Shown here: in pieces, positions 26,731-32,000 of the stretch
Layout of the letters: each line of letters opens with the position of its first letter
Numbering within the stretch: the stretch's first letter is position 1
From: Desulfocapsa sulfexigens DSM 10523
Lineage (GTDB): Bacteria > Desulfobacterota > Desulfobulbia > Desulfobulbales > Desulfocapsaceae
Assembly (NCBI RefSeq): GCF_000341395.1
Contig: NC_020304.1
Location: forward strand, 2,580,001 to 2,612,000
Direction: 5' to 3'
Length of the DNA stretch: 32,000 nucleotides
The notes under the pieces: model-generated
Seen by the model: only the letters and a program-made list of their open reading frames with translations
Databases searched by the model: none
What the model was told of the DNA's origin: nothing
Made by a program: the position numbers and the translations under genes

Positions 26731-27357
26731 TTAATAGAAAATTTTATCTATTAACGACTCAGATGGCTGGTCAATGTTGTTGTCTTGATTATGAGTCTGT
26801 CGCTGCAGATTAAACATGGCAAGCAGATTATCATCCATGCAGAGTTTGTAGCTTTGAGCTGAAATGATGTTTCTGCTCACCGGATGTATCAGTTTTGCCG
26901 TTATGTATAATGTACGGTTGTTTATCGAATAGGTTCCAACCAGGATTGCCTGAACCGGCTGCTCTGGGGTGATTTGGGAGAGATCCCTCGAAAGTATTGT
27001 TTCCCCATCGGCCGGAGTGATTTTCATGGTATTGCGGAGATTCACTTCCTTTACCGTGTAGCCGAGCTGGACCAGTCGTGCCCCTATGTGGCTCTGCAGT
27101 AAGCGACCCATCTGTGATGTGCTCTCCAGGTTGTCAAGATCCACGAATGTTGAGGTGAGAACTGCGTCTTCGGGATGTCGTGGTCGCAATGGAGGCATGG
27201 CAGAACTACTGAGGTCGTCGGTGATCTTGTTCCCCAGATTGATCAGGTCAATATCGGCACCAAGGAGAGTCTCCAGACGTGTACAGTTTAATGATGAGCA
27301 GCTGGAAAGCAGAGGAGTAAGCAACACAATGAGGAGGATCTGGTAGAGAGGTTTCAT
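26731..27357 (-). CDS. FlgO-like lipoprotein
   Basis: Lipobox-like LLSSCSS; LETLLGADIDLINLGNKITDDLSSS... STFVDLDNLESTSQMGRLLQSHIGARLVQLGYTVKEVNLRNTMKI... AILVGTYSINNRTLYITAKLIHPVSRNIISA, which matches the FlgO-domain pattern. Confidence 0.8.
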   Translation of the reverse strand: MKPLYQILLIVLLTPLLSSCSSLNCTRLETLLGADIDLINLGNKITDDLSSSAMPPLRPRHPEDAVLTSTFVDLDNLESTSQMGRLLQSHIGARLVQLGYTVKEVNLRNTMKITPADGETILSRDLSQITPEQPVQAILVGTYSINNRTLYITAKLIHPVSRNIISAQSYKLCMDDNLLAMFNLQRQTHNQDNNIDQPSESLIDKIFY

Positions 27358-27368
27358 GGAAAGGAATA

Positions 27369-28040
27369 TTATTGGATGGTAGAGACCATCTGAATAGTTT
27401 TACCCGTTGGGGCATTCTGATAATGCCAGAAATCCGGGTCATTAATGTAGTAAATATCTGAGGTTCTGAATAGGTATTGTTCGTCGGCCACCATGGATGT
27501 GGTGATGATAACCTCGTAATGTCCGTTCACAGGTCCCGCTGAATTTGCAATGTCAATTCCTGCTGCAAGAGCCAGCATTTGAATAGTGCTTGGAGCGTGG
27601 CGGAGAACTGAGATTGCCGCAGTGATTACGGACAGCGTACCTGGAGGTAAGGTGTAGCGGTTGCTCGCATGATAAACCACCTGCACCTTGTAGTTAACTT
27701 CAATATCCGAAACCTTTTTCTCAAGGCTTGTCGGAACACCGAAATTGACGAGTCTTGTTATAAGAAGATCCCGGAATCCTTCGTTAAACTGTGTGGTCTG
27801 TCCTTGTTCACAGGGGGACGCATCATCGCCGCAGGTGGTTTTGACATAGACCGCTTTGTCAACAAAATCAGTTATAATCAGCCGATTGTTGATTTGATTT
27901 GCCACGTCGCTTGCCAGTACGTCCCAATGGTGGGCGGCCTGCATCTTCTGCTGTTCGCTATAAGCGTAGGAAGCCGGCTGGGGAATACGTGAACAACTAC
28001 ATAGAAAGAATACCAGAAGAAGGATGGAAACCACGCGCAT
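27369..28040 (-). CDS. Hypothetical lipoprotein
   Basis: MRVVSILLLVFFLCSCSRIPQPASYAYSEQQKMQAAHHWDVLASDVANQINNRL...: lipobox and a long coherent ORF, 11 nt upstream of the FlgO-like gene. Confidence 0.75.
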   Translation of the reverse strand: MRVVSILLLVFFLCSCSRIPQPASYAYSEQQKMQAAHHWDVLASDVANQINNRLIITDFVDKAVYVKTTCGDDASPCEQGQTTQFNEGFRDLLITRLVNFGVPTSLEKKVSDIEVNYKVQVVYHASNRYTLPPGTLSVITAAISVLRHAPSTIQMLALAAGIDIANSAGPVNGHYEVIITTSMVADEQYLFRTSDIYYINDPDFWHYQNAPTGKTIQMVSTIQ

Positions 28041-28148
28041 TATGGGATACCTTTAGTTGTTGTCGATCATTTTTTTAAGAGTTACATAACTCTATCGGAT
28101 GATTGGCTGAAAACTGAAGGAAAAACATTTTGCGCAGCACAATTTCTC

Positions 28149-28589
28149 TTAGCCCATGGCATTGAGTTTTTGACGAAGCTGAGCTTCCGGTGGAGCACCA
28201 ACGATCTGATCAACCATCCTGCCATTTTTGAAAAACAGAAGGCTTGGTACTCCACGAATCTTGTAATGCATGGCAGTTCCAGGGTTGCTGGAAGTGTCAA
28301 TTTTAGCAATAATAACTTTACCGAGATAGTCCTTTGATAGTTTTGTGATAAGAGGTGCAATTGCTTTGCACGGACCACACGTGGGCGAATAGAAATCAAC
28401 CATGACGGGTAATGAGGATTTTGCAATAAATGTTTGAAAATCTGCATCACCAAGTTCCACTGGAATGGCCTGAGGGGAAACGGGGATCTGTTTGCCACAC
28501 TTGCCGCATTTTGGTGAAAGATGCTGCTTGCTGGTGGGAATTCTATTCTTTGTTCCACAGGATGGACAGGTGATAATCAGGCTGTTCAC
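28149..28589 (-). CDS. trxC: Thioredoxin 2-like protein with N-terminal Cys-rich domain
   Basis: N-terminal CPSCGTKNR...CGKCG and thioredoxin active site VDFYSPTCGPCKAIAP, with the cis-Pro region IRGVPSLLFFKNG. Confidence 0.88.
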   Translation of the reverse strand: MNSLIITCPSCGTKNRIPTSKQHLSPKCGKCGKQIPVSPQAIPVELGDADFQTFIAKSSLPVMVDFYSPTCGPCKAIAPLITKLSKDYLGKVIIAKIDTSSNPGTAMHYKIRGVPSLLFFKNGRMVDQIVGAPPEAQLRQKLNAMG

Positions 28590-28806
28590 GGGATACTCCT
28601 TTCTTTTTTTCTTAAAAATGATGGGTAGAAAAAAAATGCGCTATGACTAAAATGTGAATGAAAGACAGGACTGTCAAGAGCAGGCTTTCCGGAAGTTGCC
28701 GGAGCAGTTCACTATTGCCCAAACAGGAAGCAGTGTATATAGTCTACTGCGTTATTCTTTGATTTTACGAAGTTATAAAAAATTGTTCAGCTCTTTCTGC
28801 CCCTTT

Positions 28807-29661
28807 ATGTCCATTGATCTTCATACCCATTCCTGGTTTTCAGACGGGACTAAAAGTCCGACGGAACTGGTGCAGCTTGCGTTACGCAGTGGGGTTTCGG
28901 CGCTTTCCATTACTGATCACGACACAATGGATGGCGTGAGTGAAGGACTGACTGCCGGTGTGGAATACGGAATTGAGGTGGTACCTGGTCTTGAGGTGAG
29001 CGCTGTTCATAAAAAGAAAGCTTTGCATATTCTCGGATATTACCTGGATCCCGCTCACCCTGAACTTACCGCAGCTCTTTCTGTCTTGCAGAAGGCAAGA
29101 GATGGGCGCAATGAAAAAATCATTCACAAGTTACAGGGATTAGGTGTCCCTGCGACGGTAACGGAATTAAAGGAGATCTCGGGCTACGGTCAAACCGGTC
29201 GTCCCCATATTGCCAAATTGTTGATGAAACATGGTTTGGTGCGGTCTGTACCACAAGCCTTTGATGAGTATCTTAAAAAAGATGGAAAGGCGTATGTGGC
29301 ACGCTTTGCTTACAGTGCTGAAGAGGCCATTGGTCTTATTGTGCGTGCCGGAGGAATTGCTGTGCTTGCCCATCCCATCCAGGTTGATAAAACTCTTACA
29401 ATCCTTTCGACGCTGCTGCCTGTCTTGAAATCCTATGGTCTTGCCGGGATTGAAACATTTTATCCAACGCAGAAAAAGAAAGTGCGGCAACGAATCAGGA
29501 TACTGGCAGAGGAAAATGATCTGCTGCTCACCGGAGGCAGTGACTATCACGGAGACATTCGTCCTGGGACCCGACTGGCAGGTGGCAATAACGTACATGT
29601 TCCTCCGGAGCTTCTCGATAAAATGAAAATATGGCTTGGCAGGCAACCTTCTATTAACTGA
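28807..29661 (+). CDS. PHP-domain phosphoesterase (TrpH/RNase AM-like)
   Basis: SIDLHTHSWFSDGTKSPTELVQLA, ALSITDHDTMDG, VLAHPIQVD, LLLTGGSDYHGD: PHP metal-binding motifs. Confidence 0.92.
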   Translation: MSIDLHTHSWFSDGTKSPTELVQLALRSGVSALSITDHDTMDGVSEGLTAGVEYGIEVVPGLEVSAVHKKKALHILGYYLDPAHPELTAALSVLQKARDGRNEKIIHKLQGLGVPATVTELKEISGYGQTGRPHIAKLLMKHGLVRSVPQAFDEYLKKDGKAYVARFAYSAEEAIGLIVRAGGIAVLAHPIQVDKTLTILSTLLPVLKSYGLAGIETFYPTQKKKVRQRIRILAEENDLLLTGGSDYHGDIRPGTRLAGGNNVHVPPELLDKMKIWLGRQPSIN

Positions 29662-29684
29662 TAAATATAAGAAAAGAATCTATT

Positions 29685-31076
29685 ATGTACTCAATACTTG
29701 TTGTTGATGATGAGCCCAATTACCTCATAGTTCTCTCGGAACTCCTTCGTGACGAAGGATTTGAAGTTTTTACTGCTTCCTCCGGTACGGACGGTATAGC
29801 ACAGGTGGCGGAAGTCGATCTTGATCTCGTTATTACCGATATGCAGATGCCGGGTATGGACGGTCTGCAACTGTTAGAGAAGGTCAAAGAGAACAACCCC
29901 AACCTGCCGGTTATCATGATAACCGCCTTTGCTGAGGTTGAAAAGGCCGTTGCTGCAATGCAGGCAGGTGCTTACAACTATCTCTCCAAACCGTTCTCCA
30001 ATGATGAATTGCTCGTAAATATCAATAAAGCGGTTCACCATTATGCTCTTCTTCGCGAAAACAGCAGGCTGCGCCAGGAGATGCTGGAGCGTACCGGTTA
30101 TTCCGGAATGGTGGGAAAGAGCAGACATATGCAGCAGATGTACGAGTTGATTGAAAAGGTGGCCCCCACACCATCTTCGGTTTTGATTACCGGGGAGAGT
30201 GGTACCGGTAAGGAACTGGTGGCTAAGGCGATTCACTATAACAGCCCTCGTGCCGACAAGCCTTTTATCACTGTAAACTGTGCGGCCCTTGCCGAGAACC
30301 TTCTTGAGAGTGAGCTGTTTGGACATGAAAAAGGTGCCTTTACCGGTGCTGTGGCCATGCGTAAGGGACGTTTTGAACTGGCAGATGGTGGTACACTTTT
30401 TCTGGATGAAATCGGAGAGATTCCACTGGCTCTCCAGGCAAAACTACTCCGTGCCATTCAGGAAAAATGTTTTGAACGGGTCGGTGGTACCAATACATTG
30501 CATGTTGATGTACGAATAGTCAGTGCTACCAACCGGGAAATACGGGAAGAAGTAAGCAGTGGAAATTTCCGCGAAGATCTGTACTATCGTCTGAATGTCA
30601 TTCACCTGGCATTACCAGCCCTGAGAGAACGTCAGGATGATATTCCCTTGCTGGTGAACTACTTTGTAAAATCTGTGACCGATCGTCTTGGAAAAAAAGA
30701 TCTCAGCATCACCAAGGAGGCCATGCGTCTTCTTGTGAGTCTTCCCTGGGAGGGAAATGTCAGAGAGCTCGAGAATACAATAGAGCGCGCCGCTATTCTC
30801 TGTGATGATAATGAAATCAGAGCGGATGATGTACAGCCGGAATCACTCGGCAATGACAAACAGAAGGTCTTTGGTCGCGATCTTGATCTCAGTAAAGTCA
30901 TTCCCCCTGGTGCTGGACTTAATGATGTCCTCTATGCCATAGAGGACAGAATGCTGAACCAGGCACTGGATGAGACCGGGCATGTTCAGGCCAGAGCTGC
31001 CGAGATGTTGGGGATTACCAAGAGTTTGTTACAGTATAAAATGAAAAAATATGGAATTAAAAAGAAGAAAGGGTGA
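29685..31076 (+). CDS. Sigma-54-dependent response regulator (NtrC/AtoC-like)
   Basis: Receiver domain ILVVDDEPNYL...VITDMQMPGMDG, AAA+ domain with GESGTGKE and GAFTGA, Fis-like HTH C-terminus. Confidence 0.96.
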   Translation: MYSILVVDDEPNYLIVLSELLRDEGFEVFTASSGTDGIAQVAEVDLDLVITDMQMPGMDGLQLLEKVKENNPNLPVIMITAFAEVEKAVAAMQAGAYNYLSKPFSNDELLVNINKAVHHYALLRENSRLRQEMLERTGYSGMVGKSRHMQQMYELIEKVAPTPSSVLITGESGTGKELVAKAIHYNSPRADKPFITVNCAALAENLLESELFGHEKGAFTGAVAMRKGRFELADGGTLFLDEIGEIPLALQAKLLRAIQEKCFERVGGTNTLHVDVRIVSATNREIREEVSSGNFREDLYYRLNVIHLALPALRERQDDIPLLVNYFVKSVTDRLGKKDLSITKEAMRLLVSLPWEGNVRELENTIERAAILCDDNEIRADDVQPESLGNDKQKVFGRDLDLSKVIPPGAGLNDVLYAIEDRMLNQALDETGHVQARAAEMLGITKSLLQYKMKKYGIKKKKG

Positions 31077-31097
31077 GGGCGCAATCTGGGGTCACCC
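31071..31097. terminator. Putative terminator between convergent ntrC-like and nadK genes
   Basis: GGGTGA (31071-31076) pairs with TCACCC (31092-31097). Read on the minus strand, the stem is followed by TTTTCTT. Confidence 0.4.
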
Positions 31098-31103
31098 GGT
31101 TTC

Positions 31104-31958
31104 TCATCTCATGCCCCAATGCAGCTTATTGCGCAGGATTGCAAAATAATCGCGATCCGGAGAAATAATGAGGCGCAGGCAGTGTTTTGCTGCCTCAATC
31201 TCAAGAGTGTCCTTTTCATCCATGTCCCAGACCGGCTGTCCGTCAACAATGATTTGAGCCTTATAGGAACGTCCGGCTTCAAGGTATGTCCGCAGCCGGC
31301 TGTGTGCGGGCAACAGCATGGGCCGGGATCCAAGCATAAATGGGCAGATGGGAGTTACCAGCATGGTGGCCACTCCCGGATATACCAGGGGGCCGCCGGC
31401 GGAAAGGTTATACGCCGTTGATCCGGTGGGGGTGGAGAAGATAAGGCCGTCTGCCTTATAGGTTGTGATGTATTCCTGATCCGCCCGTGTTGAAAGCTCA
31501 AGAACCCGGTCAGTTGTTCCTTTATTGATGACAACATCGTTTAATGCGTATCGGGAATTTCCTGTTTTGCCGTCTTTATTGAGCGATGCCTTCAGCATCA
31601 TCCGATTTTCAATGGTAACTGCCCCGGCTATCAGCTCATCCACCGCTGCAAATGCCTCTTCCTCGGTTCTCTCCGTTAGAAACCCAAGATATCCCATGTT
31701 AATTCCAAGCACCGGAACGGAGTAACGCGCGGCCTGGTCGGCGACGTGCAAAAGAGTGCCGTCACCTCCGACGACAATAAGGACATCGAGATCGTCACTG
31801 AAGCCGTCGATGGTAACCGCAATACCGTGTTTTGCCAGTTTTTTTGCAATCTTCTGAGCAAGCTCAGCTGCGGGGGAATAGTTCTTTTTTAAGACGATTC
31901 CAGCATGCCTGAGTGAAAGAGTGAGGTTTGTGCGAAAGGCTTCTGAAAGTTGAGTCAT
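31104..31958 (-). CDS. nadK: NAD kinase
   Basis: LDVLIVVGGDGTLLHVADQAARYSVPVLGINMGYLGFLTE and DGLIFSTPTGSTAYNLSAGGPLVYP: NAD kinase motifs. Confidence 0.96.
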   Translation of the reverse strand: MTQLSEAFRTNLTLSLRHAGIVLKKNYSPAAELAQKIAKKLAKHGIAVTIDGFSDDLDVLIVVGGDGTLLHVADQAARYSVPVLGINMGYLGFLTERTEEEAFAAVDELIAGAVTIENRMMLKASLNKDGKTGNSRYALNDVVINKGTTDRVLELSTRADQEYITTYKADGLIFSTPTGSTAYNLSAGGPLVYPGVATMLVTPICPFMLGSRPMLLPAHSRLRTYLEAGRSYKAQIIVDGQPVWDMDEKDTLEIEAAKHCLRLIISPDRDYFAILRNKLHWGMR

Positions 31959-32000
31959 ATCAGTCAGTTTTCCCGAGCTCTTTGGAGCGGTTGACTGCGG

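Noticed and set aside
28070-28100. Small hairpin AGAGTT/AACTCT between trxC-like and the lipoprotein gene
   Set aside because: The T-run lies on the wrong side for a terminator in either direction, and the short stem is easily expected by chance.
1-32000. CRISPR arrays, transposases, integrases, phage or retron-like modules, rRNA and tRNA genes
   Set aside because: Looked for by eye on both strands. I saw no regularly spaced repeats, mobile-element proteins or recognisable RNA genes. A tRNAscan-SE, Infernal and CRISPR-finder run would be needed to exclude them formally.

Overview
This window looks like an ordinary chromosomal segment of a Gram-negative, probably deltaproteobacterial or Desulfobacterota-like organism. 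That taxonomy is an inference from gene content only. I saw no CRISPR array, rRNA, recognisable tRNA, transposase or phage module. Supported genes, left to right: a truncated ResB-like cytochrome c biogenesis gene (-); rpmB (+); a small conserved-looking protein (+); a tightly coupled methyltransferase and SDR pair (-); an M16 zinc peptidase (+); a tandem UspA protein (-); a 45-aa membrane mini-ORF missing from the supplied ORF track (-); a ~1400-aa multi-domain membrane protein of unknown function (-); mnmH/selU (+, TTG start); a FecCD/BtuCDF-type ABC operon (-); lemA plus two TPM-domain genes (+); a nucleoside-gate-type membrane protein (-); an orphan SBP_bac_3-like protein (-); sppA (-); dinB (-); a Crp/Fnr regulator (+); a YafK-type L,D-transpeptidase (-); a small Cys-rich protein (-); FlgO-like and lipoprotein genes (-); a trxC-like thioredoxin (-); a PHP-domain protein (+); an NtrC-type response regulator (+); and NAD kinase (-). 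The observations most worth a second look are: (i) the giant membrane protein, mini membrane ORF and tandem USP co-directional cluster; (ii) two long, nearly perfect inverted repeats between co-directional genes (20188-20256 and 26195-26301); (iii) an SDR whose catalytic YxxxK reads YxxxN; and (iv) several structured leader or 3'-end elements. I do not see clear evidence of a wholly new defence or mobile system.
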